A stretch of 23,268 nt of DNA. It comes from Nitrospinota bacterium (GTDB taxonomy: Bacteria; UBA8248). Of this stretch, positions 15,512 to 23,268 are shown in pieces. The DNA is taken from assembly GCA_036231405.1 (NCBI GenBank), contig JAZAHK010000009.1, positions 1 through 23,268 on the forward strand, in the 5' to 3' direction. The translations under genes and the position numbers were made by a program. How positions within the stretch are numbered: the stretch's first letter is position 1; each line of letters starts with the position of its first letter. The notes beneath the pieces are model-generated. The model had not been told where the DNA came from. It worked only from the letters and a program-made list of their open reading frames with translations, and ran no database searches.

Positions 15512-16435
15512 TTGAAAGACAAATTAGTCATAGGAACCAGAGGAAGCCTTCTCGCTTTGACTCAAGCGAGACTGGTTGAGAGAGAATTGAATAAGATCGT
15601 TCCCACTGTGAAAATAGATTTGAAAATCATTAAGACAAAAGGGGACATGTTATCTTCATCTGTTGTTGAAGTAATAGACAAATCTTTTTTCATAAAAGAA
15701 TTGGAGGATTCTCTCTTAAAAGAAGAAATCGATATTGCAGTTCATAGTTTAAAAGATATGCCAAGTGATCTTCCAGATGGATTAGAAATCATAGCTGTGC
15801 CAGAAAGAGACGACCCCTATGATGTTCTAGTTTCTAAGGAAGGGGATTCAATTCGAAGCCTCTCTCCAGAAAGCAAGGTAGGTACCAGTAGTTTACGTCG
15901 TTCTTCTCAGTTAAAAAGGTATCGCAATGATCTGAGAGTCGTTCCGATACGAGGAAACGTAGATACTAGATTGGAAAAGCTGGCGAGGGGGGAGGTAGAT
16001 GCTTTGATTTTGGCTTCCGCTGGTTTAAAGAGGTTAGGAAAAGAGGAAGAAATAATTGAAGTTCTATCTCCGGAAATCATGCTACCGTCTCCTGCTCAAG
16101 GTGCACTTGGAATAGAGGCGAGGACAGGAGATTTTTTTGTTTCGGAGTGTTTGCGTCCATTAGATCATTTTATTACCCGTTCTTTGGTGTCTGTCGAGAG
16201 GAACGTAATGAGAGCAGTAGAAGGCGGTTGTAGAGTTCCTTTAGCGGCTTTCGCTGAGATGAGAAACGATAAAATTTTCTTAAGAACTTTGTTGGTAAGC
16301 TTAGACGGAAAGAAAATAGCCTATTCCGAAGGGTTAGGGGAATTGTCAGATTCAGAGGAATTTGGTGGTAACTTAGCTTCCGAACTCCTTAATTCCGGCG
16401 GTGATGAGATTCTTTCCAATTTGTTGGAGAACTAA
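15512..16435 (+). CDS. hemC: Hydroxymethylbilane synthase (porphobilinogen deaminase)
   Basis: Motifs IGTRGSLLA, AVHSLKD, GTSSLRR, IRGNVDTRL, EGGCRVP (cofactor Cys). Likely start TTG 15512 after GGAG; track start 15425 overlaps hemA. Confidence 0.96.
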   Translation: MKDKLVIGTRGSLLALTQARLVERELNKIVPTVKIDLKIIKTKGDMLSSSVVEVIDKSFFIKELEDSLLKEEIDIAVHSLKDMPSDLPDGLEIIAVPERDDPYDVLVSKEGDSIRSLSPESKVGTSSLRRSSQLKRYRNDLRVVPIRGNVDTRLEKLARGEVDALILASAGLKRLGKEEEIIEVLSPEIMLPSPAQGALGIEARTGDFFVSECLRPLDHFITRSLVSVERNVMRAVEGGCRVPLAAFAEMRNDKIFLRTLLVSLDGKKIAYSEGLGELSDSEEFGGNLASELLNSGGDEILSNLLEN

Positions 16436-16437
16436 TT

Positions 16438-17238
16438 TTGCCAAAAATGGATACCCCTTTAGGTTCCCGTCGAATTATGATCACAAGACAGACTAATCAG
16501 AGTGGTGATTTCGAGCTACTTCTTCAGGAAAATGGAGCAGAAACAGTTTCTTTTCCGCTTATCTCTATATCCCCTCCAGAAAGTTGGGATGAATTGGATT
16601 CTTCTATACAAAAAATTGAAGGATACGATTGGCTTATTTTTACAAGTGTTAATGGTGTTTCGTTTTTCGAGCAGCGCATGATTTTTTTAGGGAAAAAAGA
16701 ACAGTTCCAATTGTCCAAATGCAAGATACTATCAGTTGGTCCTGTTACATCAAGGGCAGTTGAAAATACTCTAAAGAAAAAAATATATGCATGCCCCAAC
16801 GAATTTACTTCTGAGGGAATCATAGATTTGCTGAAAGACATAGAAATTAAAGGAGATAGTTTCTTGATACCCAGAGCAACTGTAGCTAGACAATATCTTC
16901 CCACGGAACTGAAACTCCGAGGTGCTGAGGTCGACGTTGTTCCAGCATATCAGACTAACTGCCTGAAACTTTCAGAATCTTCTCACTTTTTCCCTTTGTT
17001 ACTCGAAGGGAAGATAGATATGGTTACTTTTTTAAGTTCTTCTTCTGTAAATGCTTTTGTCGATTGCTTTACAGAAAAGCAACTTAAGGAGATATGTAAG
17101 AACACTAATTTTGCATGTATAGGACCTATAACAGCGTCTACTGCATTAGAACATGGCCTTCCACTCAGTGTGGAGTCTGATGTTTCTACCTCTGCTGGTT
17201 TGACTCAGAAGATAGTTGAGTTTTACGATAGAAATTAA
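16438..17238 (+). CDS. hemD: Uroporphyrinogen-III synthase
   Basis: Motifs IMITR, YDWLIFTSVNGV, VGPVT, AYQT, FLSSSSV, CIGPITA; lies between hemC and hemB; TTG start with GGAG (alternative ATG 16447). Confidence 0.92.
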   Translation: MPKMDTPLGSRRIMITRQTNQSGDFELLLQENGAETVSFPLISISPPESWDELDSSIQKIEGYDWLIFTSVNGVSFFEQRMIFLGKKEQFQLSKCKILSVGPVTSRAVENTLKKKIYACPNEFTSEGIIDLLKDIEIKGDSFLIPRATVARQYLPTELKLRGAEVDVVPAYQTNCLKLSESSHFFPLLLEGKIDMVTFLSSSSVNAFVDCFTEKQLKEICKNTNFACIGPITASTALEHGLPLSVESDVSTSAGLTQKIVEFYDRN

Positions 17239-17270
17239 TTCAATTTAAGTAGCTAAACTTAGAGGTTCGA

Positions 17271-18305
17271 TTGCAAAACGAATTTTCAAAATCAGTGAGA
17301 GAAGACGGGATTTCATTCGTTCGAACACGCAGAACGAGGAATTCTAGTGCTATAAGGAATTTGGTTCGTGAGACTCGTCTATATCCAGAGAACTTCGTCT
17401 ATCCCTTTTTTGTTGTAGAAGGGGAAGGTGTTAGACATGAAATTCCATCGATGCCAGGACAATTTCAACTGTCTGTGGACATGCTCCTTGAGGATTGTGT
17501 CGAAATAATCGATTGTAAAATTCCTGCAATTATTCTTTTTGGTATTCCTGATTCAAAAGATGATAGAGCTACGCAAGCCTATTCTGAGACTGGCATTATT
17601 CAGATCGCAACAAAGGCGATTAAGGAAAGATTTTCCGAACTATGTGTAATTACCGATGTTTGTCTTTGTGAATATATGGATCACGGGCATTGTGGAGTAG
17701 TAGAGGATGATAAAATATTGAATGATCCAACTTTAGAATTGCTCTCTCAAACAGCCCTCAGTCATGTTGTCGCAGGTGCAGATATTGTTGCTCCTTCAGA
17801 TATGATGGATGGGAGAGTGGCCAATATTAGGAAAATTCTTGATGGCAATGGATATTCCGAAACCCCAATAATGTCGTATGCCTCAAAATATGCAAGTGCG
17901 TTTTACGGGCCTTTTCGTGTTGCGGCTGAAAGTACCCCATCTTTTGGAGATCGCTCCACTTATCAGATGGATCCTTCAAATTTAAAAGAAGCGTTAAGAG
18001 AAGTTGAAATTGATATAAAAGAAGGTGCAGATATTATTTTGGTGAAGCCTGCTTTACCTTATCTTGATGTTCTTTCAAAAGTGAGTTCAAGTTTCAATCT
18101 TCCTGTTGCTGCTTATAATGTATCTGGAGAATACTCCATGTTGGTTGCGGCAATGAAAGAAGGTTGGTTAGATCCGGAAAAAGCATTTATGGAGTCTTTG
18201 CTTTCTATTCGGAGAGCGGGCGCTGATTTTATCATAACCTACTTTGCAAAAGATGCTTCTAAACGTTTGCTTGGCGATTTCGATACCCCACTCAGTTGGA
18301 TGTAA
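17271..18305 (+). CDS. hemB: Porphobilinogen synthase (ALA dehydratase), Zn-dependent type
   Basis: DVCLCEYMDHGHCG Zn motif, APSDMMDGR, KYASAFYGPFR, VKPA, AYNVSGEY; AGAGG then TTG. Confidence 0.97.
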   Translation: MQNEFSKSVREDGISFVRTRRTRNSSAIRNLVRETRLYPENFVYPFFVVEGEGVRHEIPSMPGQFQLSVDMLLEDCVEIIDCKIPAIILFGIPDSKDDRATQAYSETGIIQIATKAIKERFSELCVITDVCLCEYMDHGHCGVVEDDKILNDPTLELLSQTALSHVVAGADIVAPSDMMDGRVANIRKILDGNGYSETPIMSYASKYASAFYGPFRVAAESTPSFGDRSTYQMDPSNLKEALREVEIDIKEGADIILVKPALPYLDVLSKVSSSFNLPVAAYNVSGEYSMLVAAMKEGWLDPEKAFMESLLSIRRAGADFIITYFAKDASKRLLGDFDTPLSWM

Positions 18306-18349
18306 TATAAATTTTAGTCTGTTGAACTTTTATATTTTAGGAGAGGAAA

Positions 18350-19543
18350 ATGCCTTCCAATGAAATAGTTTTTTTAGATGGTGCTCGAACTCCATTTGGA
18401 ACCTTTCTCGGAACTCTGAAAGATTTGTCCGCTACAGAATTAGGAACTATAGCTGCAAAAGAGGCGATGGAGCGTTCAAATGTGACTCCTGACTTGATTG
18501 ACCACACCGTTGTAGGAAATGTGATGCAATCTAATCCTGATGGTGTGTATATAGGTAGACATGTTGCTTTAGCTGCGGGGGTCCCACAAGATAAACCAGG
18601 CTACTGTGTAAATAGAATGTGTGCATCTGGATTTCAGTCTGTTTTAAGTGGTGCTAAAGAGATCTTGACCGGAGATGCAGATTTCGTTTTATGCGTTGGT
18701 ACTGAGAATATGAGTCTAGCACCACATGTAATAAGAAACTCTAGAACCGGCATAGGTCTTTTTCAAACTTCTATGGAAGATTCTTTGCAATCTGCCTTAA
18801 CGGATATGCAAGCGGATGTTCCGATGGGAATTACTGCGGAGAATCTTGCAAAAAAATACGATCTTCACCGTGAAGAAATTGATGAATTTGCAGCCCTCAG
18901 CCAGAAACGTGCTCACGATGCTTGGGAGAATGGAAGGTTGTCAGAAGAGTGTGTTGCAGTAGAGATCACAGAACGTAAGAAAACATTTCTTTTTGAGTCC
19001 GATGAACATATTAGAGTAGATAGTACGGCAGATAAATTGTCTAAACTGCGTCCTGTTTTTAAAGAAGATGGAGTTGTAACAGCAGGAAATGCAAGCGGTA
19101 TTAATGATGGCGCTGCGTCAATTGTCCTTTCCTCTAATGAAGCTGCAAATAAAAATGGTCTCAAGCCAATTGGCAAACTGGTTTCATGGGGTGTTTCCGG
19201 GTGCGATCCGCTTATCATGGGTATTGGTCCTGCTCAGAGTAGCAGAATTGCGTTAGAAAAGGCTGGACTAACTTTAGATGATATGGATTTAGTTGAGATT
19301 AATGAGGCATTTTCTGCGCAATACTTAGCAGTTGAGAAGGAACTCGGATTAGATAGAGAAAAAACAAATGTAAATGGTGGTGCCATTGCTATAGGGCATC
19401 CAGTTGGAGCAAGCGGAACTCGACTTACGCTCACCATATTGAAGGAATTGCAAAGACGTGGTGCCAAATATGGTCTTGCGGGTGCTTGTATCGGAGGAGG
19501 GATGGGTCTTTCCTTGATAGTAGAGTCTCTTGCATCTAGTTAA
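18350..19543 (+). CDS. Acetyl-CoA C-acyltransferase (thiolase)
   Basis: Motifs RTPFG, NRMCASG (Cys), TAGNASGINDG, INEAF, GHPVGASG (His), CIGGG (Cys). Confidence 0.95.
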   Translation: MPSNEIVFLDGARTPFGTFLGTLKDLSATELGTIAAKEAMERSNVTPDLIDHTVVGNVMQSNPDGVYIGRHVALAAGVPQDKPGYCVNRMCASGFQSVLSGAKEILTGDADFVLCVGTENMSLAPHVIRNSRTGIGLFQTSMEDSLQSALTDMQADVPMGITAENLAKKYDLHREEIDEFAALSQKRAHDAWENGRLSEECVAVEITERKKTFLFESDEHIRVDSTADKLSKLRPVFKEDGVVTAGNASGINDGAASIVLSSNEAANKNGLKPIGKLVSWGVSGCDPLIMGIGPAQSSRIALEKAGLTLDDMDLVEINEAFSAQYLAVEKELGLDREKTNVNGGAIAIGHPVGASGTRLTLTILKELQRRGAKYGLAGACIGGGMGLSLIVESLASS

Positions 19544-19567
19544 TCTTAGAGGAATCAGCAGGCTCTT

Positions 19568-20353
19568 ATGTATGAAAATATTTTATTAGATATTCAGGAA
19601 AAAGATAGGATAGCGACTCTTACTTTTAATCGACCAGAATCTCTAAATGCATTGAATAGGAAGACACTGGAAGAATTTGGGAGTGCTTTGGATAAGATTA
19701 AAGAAGATCCTGTTTCTAAAGTGATTGTTGTTACAGGTTCCGGAGACAAATCATTTATTGCAGGCGCAGATATTAAAGAAATGCAAGGATTAGGAAAGCA
19801 AGGAGGAAAAGATTTTTCAGTTAGGGGTCAGAATGTCTTGAATAAATTAGAAAGGTTAGGGAAGCCTTCTATTGCCGCAATTAATGGTTTTGCTCTAGGT
19901 GGAGGATGTGAAGTTGCATTGGCATGTTCCATCCGTATAGCCTCTGAGAATGCGAAATTTGGTCAGCCAGAAATAAATCTTGGTATTGTTCCTGGTTATG
20001 GAGCTACTCAAAGACTGCCTAGGATAGTTGGATTGGGAAGATCTATAGAAATAATGACTACTGGAGAAACGATATCTGCTGAAACTGCGAGGGAAATTGG
20101 CCTGGTTAATGCAGTTGTTCCTGAAGAGCAACTTTTAGAGAAAGCCATGGAATTGGCTCGAGTTATCGCATCCAAGAGTGCACCGGTAATAAAGTTAATC
20201 TTAGATTCTGTTTACAAAGGTATCGATGGAGATTTTCAAAAGGGGCTGAGTGTCGAAAGTGATTCCATTGCCTCTAGTTTTGCTACGAAGGATGCGCAAG
20301 AAGGGATTCAGGCTTTTATTGAAAAGAGAAAAGCAAATTTTCAAGATCTCTAA
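19568..20353 (+). CDS. Enoyl-CoA hydratase (crotonase)
   Basis: NRPESLNAL, FIAGADI, both catalytic Glu (GGGCE and GQPEI), PGYGATQRL. Confidence 0.93.
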   Translation: MYENILLDIQEKDRIATLTFNRPESLNALNRKTLEEFGSALDKIKEDPVSKVIVVTGSGDKSFIAGADIKEMQGLGKQGGKDFSVRGQNVLNKLERLGKPSIAAINGFALGGGCEVALACSIRIASENAKFGQPEINLGIVPGYGATQRLPRIVGLGRSIEIMTTGETISAETAREIGLVNAVVPEEQLLEKAMELARVIASKSAPVIKLILDSVYKGIDGDFQKGLSVESDSIASSFATKDAQEGIQAFIEKRKANFQDL

Positions 20354-20377
20354 TAATTTTTCAGTAGGATAGATTTT

Positions 20378-20797
20378 ATGAAGAGAAGGAAGGAAAGAAG
20401 TAAGAAAATATTCTCAAATAGTTTTCATGCGTCTTCTGTGAATTCACTTCCGCTTCATAAATCAGATCGTGAACTTAGAAAGTTGCAGATTAAAGAGTGG
20501 ATGGATGTAAACCTTCCTCCGGTAGGAACTAAGGAATGGGAGGAACTATGCACAGGATGTGGAAAATGTTGTTGCAATAAAGAGTGGAGAGGCAAAAAAC
20601 TAGTTGCTTTAAAAAGTTTCTGTAAGTTTTTAAATTTGACAACCAACCAGTGTAGTGTCTATGAGAGCCGTTTTTCTTGTGAACCGCTCTGTTCTCAGAT
20701 TGACTGTGATATTATAGAAATGGGAGCTTTGCCCGAAGATTGTCCCTATGTTGTCGATCTCCCTGGTTACAAAGGACCGCTTTTGGTCGACAACTAG
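20378..20797 (+). CDS. YcgN/UPF0260-like CxxCxxCC cysteine-cluster protein (putative Fe-S or Zn binding)
   Basis: EWEELCTGCGKCC, C..L.....C.VY..R, P.C, LPEDCPY; AGGA RBS; start uncertain. Confidence 0.8.
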   Translation: MKRRKERSKKIFSNSFHASSVNSLPLHKSDRELRKLQIKEWMDVNLPPVGTKEWEELCTGCGKCCCNKEWRGKKLVALKSFCKFLNLTTNQCSVYESRFSCEPLCSQIDCDIIEMGALPEDCPYVVDLPGYKGPLLVDN

Positions 20798-20852
20798 TAG
20801 ACGAATTCTAGTTCATCTCTTGCAGAAATTCACTTTGAAGGGTTGGTGATGC

Positions 20853-21731
20853 TTGCTTGATTTTATTCATCCAAATCTCCTAGCGTTAATTGCCGCAACG
20901 AATGTAGCTATTTCACGTATCCTTTATAGAACCGCAATTACAAAATTAAGTACTTTTTACATTACCTTTATATGGTGTTCAGTGTCCGTAGTTACTTCGA
21001 TTTCTTTCTATCTCGTGGATAAAAAAATCGATATTTGGCCAGTAGAAGCTATCATGTTTTTTCTTCTCGTAGGGATACTGGGCGGTTTTATAGCTCGCTA
21101 TGCTTTAATTACGTCTATTAAGTATGTTGGTCTTGCGAGAACTTCTGTGCTTAATCAGACTAGTCTGGCATGGTCTTCTACATTTGGAGTTTTTATTTTT
21201 TTAGAAGATATGAATGTTTGGCTTTTTTGTGGAACTTTTTCGATTATGCTTGGTTCTATTTTGCTCGTTTACGATCCTAAAGGAAAGCTGAAAGTGGTTT
21301 CTAAGTACGTCTATCTCATTCCTCTTGGGAATTCGTTCATTATCGCAATATCACATATTTTGAGAAAAGATGGACTAATGCTTCTACCTTCAGGTTCTTT
21401 CGGAGTTGCTGTCTCCAGCGTGATGGCTTTGTTTTGTATGTTCCTTGTTATGCCTTTCTCCAAAGGAACGAAAATTAAGTCGCTTGATGGAAGGTCTGTT
21501 GTTCTAGTTATGATTGGCGCTTTTTTTAATTCTGTGTCTGCTATTTTCTTTTGGACTGCAGTAATGAATGGTCGATTGGTTGAAGTAGTTCCAGTCAATA
21601 GACTCTCTGTTCTTATGATTATATTTTTGTCTTGGCTTTTTTTTAGAAAGCAAGAGTTTATTAATACAAGAGTAGTTCTAGGAGGTGTTATGGCTGTTAC
21701 AGGAGCCTTGCTTGTCGTTCTTGGTAAATAG
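20853..21731 (+). CDS. EamA/DMT family transporter
   Basis: About 10 TM segments, two EamA repeats (FIFLE and LFFRKQE), 292 aa. Confidence 0.88.
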   Translation: MLDFIHPNLLALIAATNVAISRILYRTAITKLSTFYITFIWCSVSVVTSISFYLVDKKIDIWPVEAIMFFLLVGILGGFIARYALITSIKYVGLARTSVLNQTSLAWSSTFGVFIFLEDMNVWLFCGTFSIMLGSILLVYDPKGKLKVVSKYVYLIPLGNSFIIAISHILRKDGLMLLPSGSFGVAVSSVMALFCMFLVMPFSKGTKIKSLDGRSVVLVMIGAFFNSVSAIFFWTAVMNGRLVEVVPVNRLSVLMIIFLSWLFFRKQEFINTRVVLGGVMAVTGALLVVLGK

Positions 21732-21748
21732 ATTAAGGGAGTTACAAC

Positions 21749-22628
21749 ATCGAATTTTTGGATCCACGGGTTTCTGCATTTATTGCAGCAATATTTATCT
21801 CTTTTGCGAGAATTTTGTATAGGGCTGCATTGCAATATGTAGGTGTAGGTGTGTCTACCGTCATAATGAGTTTGGTATCTGTGATAGTGGGATACATTTT
21901 TTTGAAGATTGAAGGGAAGGTGGAAATATTTCCATTATACGCAACCTTGTTGTTTATGGGAGTGGGCATTAGTGCGAACCTAGTGGGTCGTTATTTTAGT
22001 CTTGTGTCAATTAATTTAGTTGGATTGTCGAGAACTTCAATTCTGATGCAAACAAGTTTGGTTTGGTCCGCTGCCTTTGCTATTTTATTCTTAAACGAAG
22101 AAGTGAGTGTATATGTCTTTTGGGGGACACTTGCAGTTATGTTTGGTTCAATTTTGCTAGTCTATGAAAAGGATACAAATTACTCTAACGTTCCTTTTAC
22201 TCATTTTCTTGTTCCTGTAGTCACTGCTATTACTTTTGCTTTAGCTCATATACTTGGAAAGACTGGACTCCGAATTGTAGATTCAGCTCCATTTGCGCAG
22301 ACCGTTTCTAATGCAACGTCTTTCGTCGCAATGTTTCTGATTTTTTTGTCTTCCAAAGAATTTAAAGTAGGAGGGTGGAAGAAAATGAATCCTATTTGCA
22401 TGGTAAGTTTAGGAGCTCTCTTAAACGCTATGGCAGCGTTTTTTTTTCTGGACTGCTCTGCGTACAGGAGATATTGTTCAAGTGCTTCCAATAAACAGAC
22501 TGAATGTTTTGATGATAATTTTCCTTTCCTGGTTCTTTTTTCGAAAACAAGAAAGTATTTCGAAGCAAGTTGTAGTTGGGGGTATAATGGCTGTAGTAGG
22601 AGCATTTTTTGTGGCTCTCGGTAAATAA
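21749..22628 (+). pseudogene. EamA/DMT transporter paralog interrupted by a +1 frameshift in a T9 run (true pseudogene, slippage site or sequencing error)
   Basis: Homologous to the upstream EamA up to NAMAAFFF. Removing one T from 22439-22447 restores WTALRTGDIVQVLPINRLNVLMIIFLSWFFFRKQESISKQVVVGGIMAVVGAFFVALGK* (TAA 22626-22628), colinear with the paralog C-terminus. Start is ATC 21749 or TTG 21758. Confidence 0.85.
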
Positions 22629-22645
22629 TTCTTTTGGTAAAAAAA

Positions 22646-23268
22646 ATGGATATTAAAATGCAGGCATGCGTAGACGGAGTTTTAGAGGGAAATGTTCGTA
22701 TTGCTTCAAGGGCGATAACTCTCATAGAGAATCGTGATCCCCTATCTCGAGATATTGTTCGTGCACTTTTTCCATATGGTGGAAAAGTTCCAGTTGTAGG
22801 AATTACAGGTCCTCCCGGAGTCGGGAAGAGTACTTTGGTTAGTGCTATGATCTCTAGTTATAGAGAGAAAAAACAAAAGGTAGGGGTTCTTGCAGTAGAT
22901 CCTAGCAGTCCTTTCACAGGAGGTGCAATTTTAGGGGATAGGGTAAGAATGTCTACTCATTTTACCGATGAAAATGTTTTTATCCGATCAATGGCCTCAA
23001 GGAATAGTCTTGGTGGTCTTGCTTATGCTTCTAGAGAAGCGTTGTATGTCATGGAAGCGATGTCTTTTGATGTGATTTTGTTAGAGACAATTGGCGTAGG
23101 TCAAGGAGAAGTAGATATAATGAAAATAGCGGATATAGTTGTTTTGGTCCAAGAGCCCGGTGTAGGAGACGATGTACAGGCCGTAAAAGCAGGAATTTTG
23201 GAAATTGGAGATATTTTCGTAGTTAATAAGGCGGATAGATTTTGTGTTGATTTTAGTGTTTGTAATGT
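22646..23268 (+). CDS. meaB: Methylmalonyl-CoA mutase-associated GTPase MeaB/ArgK (3'-truncated by the window end; not in the ORF track)
   Basis: Manual translation gives MDIKMQAC...SRAITLIEN...GITGPPGVGKST (P-loop), AVDPSSPFTGGAILGDRVRM, FIRS, ETIGVGQ, GDDVQAVKAGILE, VVNKAD. Confidence 0.95.
   Translation, partial: MDIKMQACVDGVLEGNVRIASRAITLIENRDPLSRDIVRALFPYGGKVPVVGITGPPGVGKSTLVSAMISSYREKKQKVGVLAVDPSSPFTGGAILGDRVRMSTHFTDENVFIRSMASRNSLGGLAYASREALYVMEAMSFDVILLETIGVGQGEVDIMKIADIVVLVQEPGVGDDVQAVKAGILEIGDIFVVNKADRFCVDFSVCN

Noticed and set aside
514..20646. The other short nested or antisense ORFs in the track (for example 1998-2255, 6278-6610, 8251-8568, 9631-9909, 16524-16904, 18913-19218)
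   Set aside because: All lie wholly or largely within well-supported genes and show no independent coding evidence
21311..22725. Long antisense ORFs (174 aa, 75 aa and 159 aa) over the EamA/meaB genes
   Set aside because: They are shadows of hydrophobic sense genes, with no recognisable motifs
23240..23268. Odd MeaB sequence after NKADR (FCVDFSVCN)
   Set aside because: It lies at the very end of the window, is too short to interpret, and may be low-quality contig-end sequence
1..23268. CRISPR array, IS/transposase, prophage, defence system or rRNA/tRNA genes
   Set aside because: No spaced direct repeats, terminal inverted repeats, integrase/nuclease motifs or stable-RNA signatures were found, and the intergenic gaps are short

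Overview
AT-rich bacterial chromosomal segment, densely coding, with no rRNA, tRNA, CRISPR array or mobile element visible. Left to right: (i) a GC-rich, minus-strand structured RNA-like element with its own sigma70-like promoter and U-tract (18-139); (ii) beta-hydroxyacid dehydrogenase, ubiX and a TAXI-TRAP transporter (binding protein plus fused permease); (iii) a minus-strand run of VOC/extradiol-dioxygenase-like protein, CLC antiporter with CBS domains, Gfo/Idh/MocA oxidoreductase, plsC and an SDR; (iv) a second beta-hydroxyacid dehydrogenase; (v) a stand-alone pyrD-pyrK pair, with an archaeal-looking PyrK, followed by a small unknown ORF; (vi) a long plus-strand run ccsA/hemX-like, hemA, hemC, hemD, hemB, thiolase, crotonase, YcgN-like protein, two EamA paralogs and meaB (meaB is absent from the ORF track and runs off the window end). 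The second EamA gene is frameshifted at a T9 run and may start at ATC. The best candidates for something undescribed are the structured RNA at the left edge and the ubiX/TAXI module that has no UbiD nearby. The rest looks like mostly ordinary metabolism. All family assignments come from motif recognition by eye, with no database searches.
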